From IMG/VR virus record IMGVR_UViG_3300048587_001155, positions 12,534-76,533 of that record: a stretch of DNA of 64,000 nt; one strand, given 5' to 3'. The notes beneath the pieces are model-generated. The model had not been told where the DNA came from. It saw only the letters and a list, made by a program, of their open reading frames with translations, and did no database searches. The DNA is from a virus. The position numbers and the translations under genes were made by a program. Of the stretch, positions 38,050-48,298 are shown in pieces. Position 1 is the first letter of the stretch. Each line of letters starts with the position of its first letter.

Positions 38050-39995
38050 GGTGCGTCTCCTTTCTTTTCTGCGGACGAACCGTTCGGATCATTTCCCTCT
38101 TCACCGGTGGGAGGCACGACCGGCGGGGCGGGAATAAGCTCTTGCATCGAGACGAGGTACTTGGACGGATCCAGACCTTGCGCCTTCGCCCAATCGGTGA
38201 GCAAGGCATTGATTTGATTGACCGCCTGCGGGGTGATTTGGAAGAACTGCATCAGGATCGGCAGGATCGTTTGCACAGAGGCGGTCATATTCGCTATTTG
38301 CTGCTCTTGATTCGGTTTCTTCACTGAGCCCGCTTCGATGCGGAAATCGAGTTCCCGCATGATTTGTTCGCGCGTTTGACTCCGAATCGTTTGGTTCCAT
38401 AGGAACGCTCCCGTCGTCCCGAGAACCGGCTGAATGTCCTTCTCTTCGAGGTGGTACCACGCCGCGAGGGCCTCCAAGCGGCTCACTTCGGTCATCCAAT
38501 CCTCGACCTGATTGGCCATCGCCGTGATGCGAATTTGCGAACGATCCCCCTTGAGCGAGGCCTCCTCGGCCGACCGCATCGCTCCCTGGCCATACATCAA
38601 CTCCATGAGGCCCGTACGGCGCTCGAAGAGCTGCATCATCAGATCCATGACTTTCCATAGATCCTGGTTCATCTCGGGGTGCTGAAGAAACTCAATCGAA
38701 TCCTTGATTGATTTGACCGTCCCGTCGACTTCCACCATCGTCAGGTCCGAACCGTTCTGAATGGCCGTTTTGAGGTTCTCTTCCAGCCCTGTCTTCATCG
38801 CAATAATGTCGCGCGACCGTTTGGCGATGCCGCTGACCAAGAACGAGAAGATCCAGTCAATGGCCTTCAGTTCAGAAAGAGCAGGGCGGATATGGCTCAT
38901 GGGCCACGGGGAACGGGGAACTTGATGGAAGTCGAGCAAGGCGAACGGCCATGATCCTTCCGCCCAGAAAGGGGTAGGCCAAGCCAGCCGATTGGCAATC
39001 TCCTCGACGTTCATGGTCTCCGGCTTATAGAGGTTCAAGAAGAAGTTCGAACCTTCCGTGACGACCAGATAAACGAAATCCCCGATCATCAGATCAATCG
39101 CATCCTCTTCCTCGGAGGAGTTCTCCTTTCCGACCAGCGAGGAGAGTCGGTACCCCAAACCGATCTTCGAGAAGATCTCGTAGAAGACGACGAGATCGGG
39201 GTTCGGCTTCTTACGATCCGTTTCCTTCGTGTCGGCGCTATTCGTTCCCGACATCGAACTATCGAGATCACCCTTCACTTCACCCGGAGGTAGCTCGAAT
39301 ACCTCCTCCACCTTCCACTTCGGCCAAATCCGCCGGCGAATGACGAATCCCGCATCCTGCAGGGTCTCGGTATCGGCATCAATCAAGAGATTGTCCACGG
39401 TGTCGAATGTGCTCGACACCATTCGCTGTTCCGAGTCCGGCCACGTGACGAGCTCCGTCCAAAGCACGCCACGTCCCTTGATCAACGCCTCGTCGACCGC
39501 AAGGCGCGCATGCGTCTTGAGTCCGCCTCCGATCATTTCGTTGGGAGTGTAGTTGAGATAGGCTTCCATCAGCCGCGCACGAACGCTTGCCACCGCTTCG
39601 CGCATCGTTCTCTCTTGCTGAACAATCTGGGCGTACTCAGGGCCATAGAGCAGCGCGATCGAATCGATCAAATCGGGGGATGGCCTAAGCGTGCACCGTC
39701 GGTTCGGATTCGCATGATACAGGTAGGGGCCGATCACACTTTTCACTTCGAACACTTTGTTGACGTTCCCGCGGAACATGGGCGTGGGGACGTTGGCATC
39801 CTCAGGAGCGAAGAACGAAGACACCTTCTTGCGAAAATCGCTATTGAAGATCTCGCCGGCGTTCCCCGTGTAAAAGTCCATGGCCGTTTTCGCGTCACTA
39901 TCGAACGGCTCTTTCGCCTCCTTTGCCTTCTTGACGCGCATTTGCCATCGCTTCACCAGTTCTTTGAAATTCGTCGGCTTACCCACGGGAGTCAC
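38046..39995 (-). CDS. Portal protein
   Basis: 649 aa after TerL; VNKV, EALIKGRG, G....MYG...RSAEEA, IEAGS. Confidence 0.8.
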   Translation of the reverse strand: MTPVGKPTNFKELVKRWQMRVKKAKEAKEPFDSDAKTAMDFYTGNAGEIFNSDFRKKVSSFFAPEDANVPTPMFRGNVNKVFEVKSVIGPYLYHANPNRRCTLRPSPDLIDSIALLYGPEYAQIVQQERTMREAVASVRARLMEAYLNYTPNEMIGGGLKTHARLAVDEALIKGRGVLWTELVTWPDSEQRMVSSTFDTVDNLLIDADTETLQDAGFVIRRRIWPKWKVEEVFELPPGEVKGDLDSSMSGTNSADTKETDRKKPNPDLVVFYEIFSKIGLGYRLSSLVGKENSSEEEDAIDLMIGDFVYLVVTEGSNFFLNLYKPETMNVEEIANRLAWPTPFWAEGSWPFALLDFHQVPRSPWPMSHIRPALSELKAIDWIFSFLVSGIAKRSRDIIAMKTGLEENLKTAIQNGSDLTMVEVDGTVKSIKDSIEFLQHPEMNQDLWKVMDLMMQLFERRTGLMELMYGQGAMRSAEEASLKGDRSQIRITAMANQVEDWMTEVSRLEALAAWYHLEEKDIQPVLGTTGAFLWNQTIRSQTREQIMRELDFRIEAGSVKKPNQEQQIANMTASVQTILPILMQFFQITPQAVNQINALLTDWAKAQGLDPSKYLVSMQELIPAPPVVPPTGEEGNDPNGSSAEKKGDAP

Positions 39996-40045
39996 CTACC
40001 TGTAGAAGGGAACTCTCCCCACAAATAGGGGAGAGAGTGGAAACC

Positions 40046-40375
40046 TTACTTGCTCTCAGAACCTTCAGGGTCGGCTGCCGCCGGGCTGGATTCTTCGCTA
40101 GGCAGTAACACTTCGGCAAGCTGCCGCATGATCTTGCCGGATTCGGTGAAGTCCCACTTGTATTGGAAGCGGTCGTCATTTTTGGCGAGGGTCGGATCGC
40201 CCACGAAACGAACGCCGGGATATTCCATTCGGTTGAAGAGATTCACGACGTCGATCGATCCGGGATTAATGCCTCTCACAATTCCCGGAAAGGGCTGGGG
40301 GTTGCCCTCGTCATAGAACTGCACGATCTCGAAGAGATGCGGCTTAGGCATCTCGTATTGCTTTACCTCAGACAC
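40046..40375 (-). CDS. Hypothetical phage protein
   Basis: SD AAGGAG; between TerL and portal. Confidence 0.6.
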   Translation of the reverse strand: MSEVKQYEMPKPHLFEIVQFYDEGNPQPFPGIVRGINPGSIDVVNLFNRMEYPGVRFVGDPTLAKNDDRFQYKWDFTESGKIMRQLAEVLLPSEESSPAAADPEGSESK

Positions 40376-40385
40376 GCGAAACTCC

Positions 40386-42224
40386 TTATCTCAGATCCGG
40401 CCGTTTGTTGGGCGAAAGATCCACACCTCCTTTCTTTCGCGTTTTAGCGGCACGTTTCGCAAGTCTTGCCAGTATCGGATCGGAAAGATTATCCCGTCTG
40501 TGGCGGGGCCGAACGTACCTTGGTTGCCTTGCCGCGAAGTACTCGGCGCAGGTCACCAGGTGATTATCTTTGTCGACTCGCTTATCGGTCGGCTGACCAT
40601 CGGCCCGTTTCTGATAAACCTGTTTCGACATCTCCCAAACGAAGTTTTTGCACTTGTCCTTGTGGACCCGGAGGACGGGAGTATCCGTCTGTGGCCTCAT
40701 CTCGAGCCATTGCCGGAACGCTTCTTCGCGTCCCTTGATATCCCGGCTGCCGGGCCGAAATCCGTAACCGGTCGCGATCGCACGAAGCCCCTTCTTCCGA
40801 AACGCCCGCTCATACGACTCCTCGACCGATATCCCGGAACCGATTTGAGTTTGCCGGCCCATCGACATATCGATGATGAATTCCTGAAAAGTCTGATTCT
40901 CCGACTTTCGTTTCACCAAGTCAGCGAACTTGTCAGCCGACGCGCGCTCGAGATAAACCTCGTCGTAGAAGTGGACTTCGAACCCGAACTCCAGAGGAGG
41001 AATCGCGGCAAACAATCCAGCGGCACGCTGAACGCCAGGATCCACGATGAGGAAGCGACACCAGTCCGAGGGAATGGGAAAAGCATCGATAATGTGTCCA
41101 GGGACCGAAGGCATGCTCGGGCATTTGATTTCAGGAATGAATTCGGGATAGACCCGGAGGGCTCGGCGCCGCGATTTTCCCTCGTACCTGACCTCCCGTT
41201 CCGAAGGACTCAACTTCTTCCAGAATTCTTCTTTCGCTTGCTTGCTGATCGAAGGGTTGTCGTCGATGTGAAGAAAGATTTCGACACACGAATCATCGGA
41301 CGGATTGGCCGCACGATCGCGCATCTCATCGAGAACTTCAGTAGCCGTCTGCGGAGTGGCCGACCACTGGAAGAAACCGCCCACTCGATCGACACGTCCA
41401 CGCACCGCGACTTCCGGGTACCACTCCTCGTTGACGATTTCTTCGTCGAACCAAACGAGATCGTATTGATCACCCTGAGGAATATCGCCTTCCGATGATG
41501 CGAAGAAGATTTCCCAATCGTTGCGGAGTCGGATGCTTGCGGGTTGTCGGTCCCGTTTGTTGTACCAACTGATGTCCTTGATCATTCGAGGCGGGATGAG
41601 GGGAGGGGCAAGCTTCCATTCATCCTCGCGGCTCATATCAGAGCGATTACTGAACTTCACGGCCCGCCACTGCCCGGTTTCCAGATCGCGAATGATGCTG
41701 AACGCACCGGCGCGTCCGAGTTTCTTCCAGATGATGCGGCCGATATGAGGCCAATCCTTGCCGACGACGATCGCGGTTCCGCCGAACTCCGGGGTTCCGA
41801 GATATTTTCTCTGACTTGTTCCGCCATGGAGACCCTTGATCGTGCGAGGATGCTGACCGAGAACAACCTTTGCAAAGTTGGCCGTAGCGACCGTCGTCTT
41901 ACCCGAACGGTTCGAACCGATGATGGCGATCTCGGAAGCCTTCGATTTGAACACTTCCCGTTGGCCGGGATTGATCGGGGTGAAGAGTCGCCAACCCTCG
42001 ATACGGCGAGCGTTGAACTCTTCCATGATGAGCTGCTCGGTAGGAGTCAGCGTCGCATTCGGTGGAAGGTGTTGTCTCTCTTCGTCGAGCTTCTTGAGAT
42101 AGTTGGTTGCCTCTTCCGAAGCCTTGGGGGCTCGCTGACGGAAGGCCTCCATGAGTTGTTCAAGTTCAGCCGGATTCGTCTTCGGCTGTTTCTTCGGCCG
42201 ACCCGGTTTCTTCTTCGCTGCCAT
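40386..42224 (-). CDS. terL: Terminase large subunit
   Basis: Walker A GSNRSGKT, Walker B LVWFDEE, SATP, DNP, nuclease IVDPG and DKDNH. Confidence 0.92.
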   Translation of the reverse strand: MAAKKKPGRPKKQPKTNPAELEQLMEAFRQRAPKASEEATNYLKKLDEERQHLPPNATLTPTEQLIMEEFNARRIEGWRLFTPINPGQREVFKSKASEIAIIGSNRSGKTTVATANFAKVVLGQHPRTIKGLHGGTSQRKYLGTPEFGGTAIVVGKDWPHIGRIIWKKLGRAGAFSIIRDLETGQWRAVKFSNRSDMSREDEWKLAPPLIPPRMIKDISWYNKRDRQPASIRLRNDWEIFFASSEGDIPQGDQYDLVWFDEEIVNEEWYPEVAVRGRVDRVGGFFQWSATPQTATEVLDEMRDRAANPSDDSCVEIFLHIDDNPSISKQAKEEFWKKLSPSEREVRYEGKSRRRALRVYPEFIPEIKCPSMPSVPGHIIDAFPIPSDWCRFLIVDPGVQRAAGLFAAIPPLEFGFEVHFYDEVYLERASADKFADLVKRKSENQTFQEFIIDMSMGRQTQIGSGISVEESYERAFRKKGLRAIATGYGFRPGSRDIKGREEAFRQWLEMRPQTDTPVLRVHKDKCKNFVWEMSKQVYQKRADGQPTDKRVDKDNHLVTCAEYFAARQPRYVRPRHRRDNLSDPILARLAKRAAKTRKKGGVDLSPNKRPDLR

Positions 42225-42621
42225 CGTCGAGTTCCTCTTCAGCCGGTGAGACGTCGATCTCGAGAAGTCCCTTTCGTTCCATCACGCGCGTCATGATCGA
42301 GAGTGCCGATTGTTCCAAATCGTTGTCCGATAGAAGAGGAATCGCCTTGTCCATCGCATCGAACGATCCGCCGTGCATCTCGGCTTTGCGGCTCGCGCAT
42401 TTGATGACGAGTTCGAGAATCGACAACTGTTGTTTCAGGCCTCGGGCATCGTTGAACAACAGGAGGAGAGAATTCGCAATGCCTTCGGCTCCACCAAACT
42501 TTCTCGTGATCGCGTCGGCGATCTCGGAGAAGTCCGCTTGGTTCTTCGTCGACATCATCTCCTTGAGCAGCCCGACCGCTTGAGCGAGCTGCGCAGGATC
42601 GGTGCGACCTTTGGCCGGCAT
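42166..42621 (-). CDS. Terminase small subunit (putative)
   Basis: Helical protein directly upstream of and overlapping TerL; LSDNDLE motif. Confidence 0.55.
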   Translation of the reverse strand: MPAKGRTDPAQLAQAVGLLKEMMSTKNQADFSEIADAITRKFGGAEGIANSLLLLFNDARGLKQQLSILELVIKCASRKAEMHGGSFDAMDKAIPLLSDNDLEQSALSIMTRVMERKGLLEIDVSPAEEELDDGSEEETGSAEETAEDESG

Positions 42622-42905
42622 CAACGTCTCCTCTTCTGTTTGCGTTTCCGTTCGGCATGTTGCTTGATGGCGGCCGCTCTCAATTTCCAACGCCGAATAT
42701 CGAGCCAGCGACGGGCAATCCAGATGAGATCGTTCGACATATCATCGCGGGCCCATTCTTCGATCCACATGGAATCGAACGCGCGAAGCTCTTCGTAGGT
42801 GTACTGCTCGATCGATTCAGGAAGCTTCTTAATGCACTGTCGTTGGGATGTGCCCATTACGACTAAAACCTCTCGGTCGATGATCGAGTCCGAGAGGAGT
42901 GCCAT
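42621..42905 (-). CDS. Hypothetical protein
   Basis: TGATG coupling to the next gene. Confidence 0.6.
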   Translation of the reverse strand: MALLSDSIIDREVLVVMGTSQRQCIKKLPESIEQYTYEELRAFDSMWIEEWARDDMSNDLIWIARRWLDIRRWKLRAAAIKQHAERKRKQKRRR

Positions 42906-42938
42906 GATCCGCCATCGTGCGAGTTGATCAGTCAGGTA

Positions 42939-43256
42939 TCACCCCGAGACTAACTTGTAACCGACGGGCCCACTTACGAAGCCAGAACACTCCAGTCGCC
43001 ACAGCATCCCCTTGGCACCCACGCGCAAACGCGTCGACACTGGCGCAGTAAAGAGAATGTCATTTCCCTCTTCATCTTGGTTGAGCGTCGTGAAAGAGGG
43101 TGTGGATGAACGGTCAGCCGGCGGATTGGCGGTTCCCAGCTTAATCGTCGCGGAGAACGGTCCCGTGAGGATGAGCAAGAGGTCACCGTCGGCTCGCACA
43201 AATGCACTGTTGCCGTTCCCTGTGAAAGTCCCCTCAACGACCTGCGGTATGTTCAC
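42939..43256 (-). CDS. Small beta-sandwich phage protein
   Basis: SD AAGGAG; G.F.ATI.L ... WRL.C. Confidence 0.6.
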   Translation of the reverse strand: MNIPQVVEGTFTGNGNSAFVRADGDLLLILTGPFSATIKLGTANPPADRSSTPSFTTLNQDEEGNDILFTAPVSTRLRVGAKGMLWRLECSGFVSGPVGYKLVSG

Positions 43257-43278
43257 GAACGAGTCTCCTTTTCAAAGA

Positions 43279-45657
43279 TCAACCAACGATTGGCCCAATA
43301 ATTCCCTTGTCGCTTCCTCCTCGACCGGAAGACATGACGTCGATCGGCCCAAGCGATGGTTTGCCGGGCCGCGCCATTCCGAAGAAGTCGTACTCGGGTG
43401 CCTTGCACATACCGAGGGACGTGAGCACATCCGAGAATGGATTCGCATTCCCCACCTTGGCCACGGGGGAATCAGATGCGATCGAGGTACGAAGAGGAAA
43501 CGAGGCGTTCGCCGCTTGCGTGATACCAGCCAACGAGTCGGCTCCATAAGCGAGTCCGAATACGTCCGAGTTGGCCACTGACAGATCGATGAAGCCCGTT
43601 GCTTGATCGAACCCACGCACCAATGGGAAGCCGCCAGGATTCGCGCCCACCGCGCCGTAGATTCCGATGTACCGCAAATAATTCGAGCTGTTGACCGGCA
43701 AGTTATTCGCCGAAAATGCTCCCGTCCCGTAACAGACTTTCATCCCCACGGAATAGCCGGCGAGAAGCGCATCAGGGTTCGAGATGATGCAATTTCCCAT
43801 CGGAATACCCCACGCGCCCGCCTCGGCAAAATTCGCGTTCGCGATGGCCACATATCCCGTGGAGTCTCCTCCTCGCACGAGGATTTCACAGTTCATCAGA
43901 CGAGGTTTAATCGTCGTCGACGTGGTCTGATTGAAAATGCAGAACTGAACGAGGTTGCTGACAGTCCCCGCTCCCTCGCAGTCGATTTCAAAGATCGAGT
44001 TGAGCCATATCGCGTTCGTGCTTCCCGCCCACCAATAAAGCGTGGTGTATCCAGGGCGAATGTAATGCCTCGTGTTGATGAACATCGTGCGCGAGTAGGC
44101 TAGCATCGCCGGCTGCTGAGCGACACTTCGGTATCGTGGAGATTGCCAATCGATGATGATGACCTTGTACGTGGTCGGGTCATTCTCCGTTCCGGCGAGA
44201 AAAGCATTCTGCCCTCTCAATTCATCCGAAAAGGTCCATGCCTCACAAGCGACCGTCGCGTTCGGATATTGATCCCGCTCATCGATGATTCGATTGCTGA
44301 TGTTGAGATAGAGAGCAACCGGAAAGCACGGCGTTCCGCCAGTCCCGTTACTCGCTCCACTCGGGAAACCGGTATGTCCGTAGAACGCGGGAACCTTGTC
44401 GACCTGGCCGGGGCCTGTAAATGTGTTGGCCGCGTACAAGGTCGTATTCGTGGAATCGACCGGCAAGCATCCGAATCGAATCACATTCCCTACGAAATAG
44501 GTCTCGTGATTTCCTTGGGCAGAGAATGAATTGAGACAGCTCGCGCCACCGGAAGGAGAGGTATAGCCGACGACACAGTTCTCGACGAAGTGGACACCCC
44601 CTTGATGATTTCCCGTCGCGATGTCGTCCGCCTCGTGAGAGATCATGTGACGACCGCCATAGTACGACTCACAGTTCGCGATATAGGCGACATCCTCTGT
44701 GCCGCCGCCGTTTCGTATGCCGCTGGCGTTCTGATAGCTGATCGACTGACAACCGAAGCCCTCGAAGCAAAGGCCCTCGACCCATAACCGACTCGCACCG
44801 TTCTTGATTCGGAGACCATCGGGAGCGCTGTTATTGCTTCCCACGCCGGGCGTAGCCTCGAAACAGGTTCCCGCGCTGATGGCATTGGGATCCGCTACCG
44901 TGCGAAGGAGGTTCCCGAAATTGACGTTCACGACACCATTGGAGTCGCAATAGAACGAGAGATCCTGAGCTTCGATCTTGGCGTAAGCCGTCGCATCCTG
45001 ACCAGCGGAGACGCTCGTACCAGAGCAATAAGTGAACGGATCGCACCAGGTGATGATGTTGGCGAAGCCGGCGAGCGTAGCGGAACGATCGAACCGGAAC
45101 CAACCGATCGTGGTGGCGTTAGTGGGATTGAGAACCGTGGCACTGGCCGTCAACGATACTTGCCGGCGATTCGTGGCTCCTCCAGGAGTCGTTACGGTCA
45201 CACCGTTCAGCCATTGAATGGTGAAGGCTGAAATGATCGGCTTGACCATCTTCGTGTCGGAACCTGCAACGTTAGGCCCATAACTTCCGAAATGAAGCGC
45301 ATCGGTCGACACTTCCAGTCCAGAAGCGTCCCGAATCATCGTCCCTCTCTTGAACAGGAATGCGGTATTCGTCACGGGCGTCGCGAAACCAGCCTGCCCC
45401 CCAATGGTGGTACCGTCGCCGGTCAATGCCTTGCGAACGTTCGTGAGCGTCTTCCACGGGGTGGCCTGGCTTTGAGCCTGCGTTTTCGTGTTGTTGTCAT
45501 CGCCATTGACCGGGTCGATGTAAAACGTGGTCGCTCTCTTAAAGACGCATTGGCGCCTCCGACGATCCCGAAGCGTCTGAGTCCACGGCAGGAACTTCGA
45601 AGAGGTTTGCGCGGGCATCGCCCCAGCAACGGCAGAAAACGTGCTCACGTTCGGCAT
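43279..45657 (-). CDS. Parallel beta-helix protein (tailspike / depolymerase-like)
   Basis: FYIDPVNGDDNN...PWKTL, FLFKRG, repeated I.NC strands, C-terminal D.FG..R....LG. Confidence 0.7.
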   Translation of the reverse strand: MPNVSTFSAVAGAMPAQTSSKFLPWTQTLRDRRRRQCVFKRATTFYIDPVNGDDNNTKTQAQSQATPWKTLTNVRKALTGDGTTIGGQAGFATPVTNTAFLFKRGTMIRDASGLEVSTDALHFGSYGPNVAGSDTKMVKPIISAFTIQWLNGVTVTTPGGATNRRQVSLTASATVLNPTNATTIGWFRFDRSATLAGFANIITWCDPFTYCSGTSVSAGQDATAYAKIEAQDLSFYCDSNGVVNVNFGNLLRTVADPNAISAGTCFEATPGVGSNNSAPDGLRIKNGASRLWVEGLCFEGFGCQSISYQNASGIRNGGGTEDVAYIANCESYYGGRHMISHEADDIATGNHQGGVHFVENCVVGYTSPSGGASCLNSFSAQGNHETYFVGNVIRFGCLPVDSTNTTLYAANTFTGPGQVDKVPAFYGHTGFPSGASNGTGGTPCFPVALYLNISNRIIDERDQYPNATVACEAWTFSDELRGQNAFLAGTENDPTTYKVIIIDWQSPRYRSVAQQPAMLAYSRTMFINTRHYIRPGYTTLYWWAGSTNAIWLNSIFEIDCEGAGTVSNLVQFCIFNQTTSTTIKPRLMNCEILVRGGDSTGYVAIANANFAEAGAWGIPMGNCIISNPDALLAGYSVGMKVCYGTGAFSANNLPVNSSNYLRYIGIYGAVGANPGGFPLVRGFDQATGFIDLSVANSDVFGLAYGADSLAGITQAANASFPLRTSIASDSPVAKVGNANPFSDVLTSLGMCKAPEYDFFGMARPGKPSLGPIDVMSSGRGGSDKGIIGPIVG

Positions 45658-45734
45658 GGTTCATTCCCATCAACGACTAGTGACCTTTCGCACCCGACAA
45701 ATAGCCTTTCGACCGTGGAAACTTCAACCGGACC

Positions 45735-45772
45735 AAGAAATGAAAGAGCCCGTCCCCCACGAGGAGACGGGC
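45735..45772 (-). terminator. Rho-independent terminator closing the protease/cytochrome operon
   Basis: GCCCGTC/GACGGGC stem followed on the minus strand by TCTTTCATTTCTT. Confidence 0.6.
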
Positions 45773-45849
45773 CATATCAAGTTTTATGTGCGGTACGGGA
45801 GTCACTCGACGGAAACGAGACGCCGAGCGACTCCCTATCAGGGTTTGAC

Positions 45850-46218
45850 TTATCGCGTGACGATCCGCTGAGTCGTTCTCGATCGATTCCCCAGAAAGGG
45901 CAGGCGGGAATTCTGAGTCGTCGTCGTGATCTTTTGGAACCTCGGCGCCGCGACTGCCTGGATCGGTGCCACCGCCGTCGAATAGGCTACATTCGCTTGG
46001 GCAACGATCGGCTGGAATTGCACCGGCGCCGCGACATAAGACGCAACGACAGGCTGCGCGATGACCGCCTGTGCGTATACCGGTTGTGCGATGACCGGCT
46101 GAGCCACAACGGCCTGTTGCACAATGGCTTGCCCTCCGCATCCCGCGAAAGATCGGCCCGGCACGATTGCCACAAGGCCGAGAACCAAAAGAGCAAAAAG
46201 CAGATGAAACGTCCTCAT
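45850..46218 (-). CDS. Small secreted protein with AQPV repeats
   Basis: Signal peptide MRTFHLLFALLVLGLVAIVPGRSFA; ATGA overlap with the upstream gene. Confidence 0.7.
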   Translation of the reverse strand: MRTFHLLFALLVLGLVAIVPGRSFAGCGGQAIVQQAVVAQPVIAQPVYAQAVIAQPVVASYVAAPVQFQPIVAQANVAYSTAVAPIQAVAAPRFQKITTTTQNSRLPFLGNRSRTTQRIVTR

Positions 46219-47009
46219 CGGAGAGGCTCCTTAAATCGAGTGTCGACGATCCCACGCAAATCACCTGACTTGCTCGGATGGGAGTCGTCGAGAATCTTCA
46301 GGCCGGGGGGAATTCGGAGGCGATAAGGAAGCGAGTTCGACTCACGCGCGGGCATCTCGCCGATGGCCGATCCGAAATCGACGAGTCGCCCGTTTTCATC
46401 GACTCTGCCAAATCGCCATAAGTTCGTCGAAGATTGCGATCCAGGCATAGGAGGGGCCGGCGTTGGCTTGGCTCCGGGAATCGCTTTCAGGGCCTCGAGT
46501 AATGCCTTCGGATCTTGCCCCATCCACTGGTCGAACAGAATAGATTCCTCATCCGACAGAGGCTGATCCGGAGGCATGCTTCCCATGCGAACCCGAGTGG
46601 CGATTAAGACCTTCGTCTTGACGTCGTACATCCCTTCCTGATCGAGACGAAGCCCCCCTTTGGCAGAATCACCACTGTGGCAGCTCGAGCACTTCGTCGT
46701 CATCAATTCCTGAATCTGCTCATCGAGAGGAGTCGATCCGATCCGCGGAGCCCCGCCGGTTGTTCCTGGCTGGCAGTTCGCCAAGGCCTGCTCGATTCGG
46801 GCGAGCCGCTCGTTCATCTCGTCCACCTTTCGGCCGGCGAGCAGATTCTCCCTTTCCTGGCCAACGACGTACGTCCAGAATGGATCCGGTACGGGGATGG
46901 TCACCGCACTGACGTAGGGTGTCACCGCTTGCACCTGCTGAACCGCACAAGCCTGTTGTCCGCACTGCGACGGAAGAAACGTGACCAAAAGGGTCGCTAA
47001 TAAAATCAT
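46215..47009 (-). CDS. Exported planctomycete-type cytochrome c (PSCyt1-like)
   Basis: Hydrophobic N-terminus; KCSSCHSGDSAKGGLRLD ... GSMPP.QPLS.EE...F.QW (CxxCH plus distal Met). Confidence 0.85.
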   Translation of the reverse strand: MILLATLLVTFLPSQCGQQACAVQQVQAVTPYVSAVTIPVPDPFWTYVVGQERENLLAGRKVDEMNERLARIEQALANCQPGTTGGAPRIGSTPLDEQIQELMTTKCSSCHSGDSAKGGLRLDQEGMYDVKTKVLIATRVRMGSMPPDQPLSDEESILFDQWMGQDPKALLEALKAIPGAKPTPAPPMPGSQSSTNLWRFGRVDENGRLVDFGSAIGEMPARESNSLPYRLRIPPGLKILDDSHPSKSGDLRGIVDTRFKEPLR

Positions 47010-48298
47010 GGTGCTACTGCCTCCACTTGATTGACGATCGCGATGGCATCCCCCAGCAGATCTTCCCAAGCCTGCCTACTGATTCCCTGACGCGCGAGCA
47101 GCGCCGCGAACGTCGCCAGGAGAATCCTCTTCCGCCGATACGGTGCGGATAGCTTTCCTAGATCCTCCACGGGAATACCAAGTTCAGTGGCCGCGATCTC
47201 TGGCGTTATCGGTTGATCCAGATATTGCACTGTCATCCGTCGAAATTCATGGGCGACCACTTCGGGCTTGAGGTTGCAGGCCTTCGATACCGCCTCGCCG
47301 AACCTTGCTTGATCCTTCGAAATCGTGTCCGCCAGATTGGTGAGGAATCGATCTTCAATTCGCTGCTGATTGTTCCGATCGTAGGTCTCGAGCTTAAGCG
47401 ATTTGCTGTTGATCATCGAAGAGACGTCATCCGTGAACGCGTTGATGCCGAGTCCGTGGCATCCGACACAGCTCCTCGCCGAGTAGATTTGCTTGTCCCT
47501 CGCCGTCGTTTCGTAGTCTTGGGCGATCGCGGCCGGGACGACTTGTACCGCGTTACCTTGACCGTCGGCGATGTAATACGCTTGCAAACCATTCGCGAGC
47601 GTCCAGATGAATTCCCCCGCGTCATGCTTCGATACCTCGAGGTTATCGATGATGTTGTCCTCGTCGAAATCGCTCAGATGATCCTGTGATTCCCACCAAT
47701 AGCCCGTGAGGGACGGGTACCGGATAAGCCGACGGTTGTGCAGCGCGACGGGCGACCGGAACTTCGAACCGTAGATATCCGCCTTCAGAGCAACCGCGTC
47801 GTCGATTCGAATTCGATAGGTCGATTGCACGTCGGCTAGTTTCCCGCCGAGCTTCAGAAACGAGTCATAGAACGGCTTGTCCGAGGAATACGTCAGGAAT
47901 CCCTCGAGACGAAGAACCGGGCTTACGGTCTGGAACGGATCACGCGTCGTCTTCGACAACGACCGCCAGACGGGAACGAATTCGTATCCGCGCTTTTGGG
48001 CGAGATTCTCCCACGCCGCGATATCCCATTCGTAATCCCGCAGATCGACGCGAAGGAGTGTATCGCTCACCTGAAATGGTCTGATGATCCTCGGCCGACG
48101 TGACAACGAGTTCACCCAGAACGAAGCGACCTCTCGCGCCGTTGCCCGTTGATCAGCTGGTATGGCGTAGAGGGAGAGGTACCGAATGAACGGTCGATCA
48201 CTCGGGGAGATTTGGAGCACGTCCACGAGGGACGCGTGGAGTTCACTTGCCGGGCTGGGGAGGCCTGCAAGCATCACGATCGAGAGGATGGCTATCAC
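47006..48298 (-). CDS. Exported protein with one CxxCH heme-binding motif
   Basis: Signal-like N-terminus; RYLSL, NSLS, RVDLRDY.W, HDAGE.I..L.NGLQ.Y, SCVGCH. Confidence 0.75.
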   Translation of the reverse strand: MIAILSIVMLAGLPSPASELHASLVDVLQISPSDRPFIRYLSLYAIPADQRATAREVASFWVNSLSRRPRIIRPFQVSDTLLRVDLRDYEWDIAAWENLAQKRGYEFVPVWRSLSKTTRDPFQTVSPVLRLEGFLTYSSDKPFYDSFLKLGGKLADVQSTYRIRIDDAVALKADIYGSKFRSPVALHNRRLIRYPSLTGYWWESQDHLSDFDEDNIIDNLEVSKHDAGEFIWTLANGLQAYYIADGQGNAVQVVPAAIAQDYETTARDKQIYSARSCVGCHGLGINAFTDDVSSMINSKSLKLETYDRNNQQRIEDRFLTNLADTISKDQARFGEAVSKACNLKPEVVAHEFRRMTVQYLDQPITPEIAATELGIPVEDLGKLSAPYRRKRILLATFAALLARQGISRQAWEDLLGDAIAIVNQVEAVAP

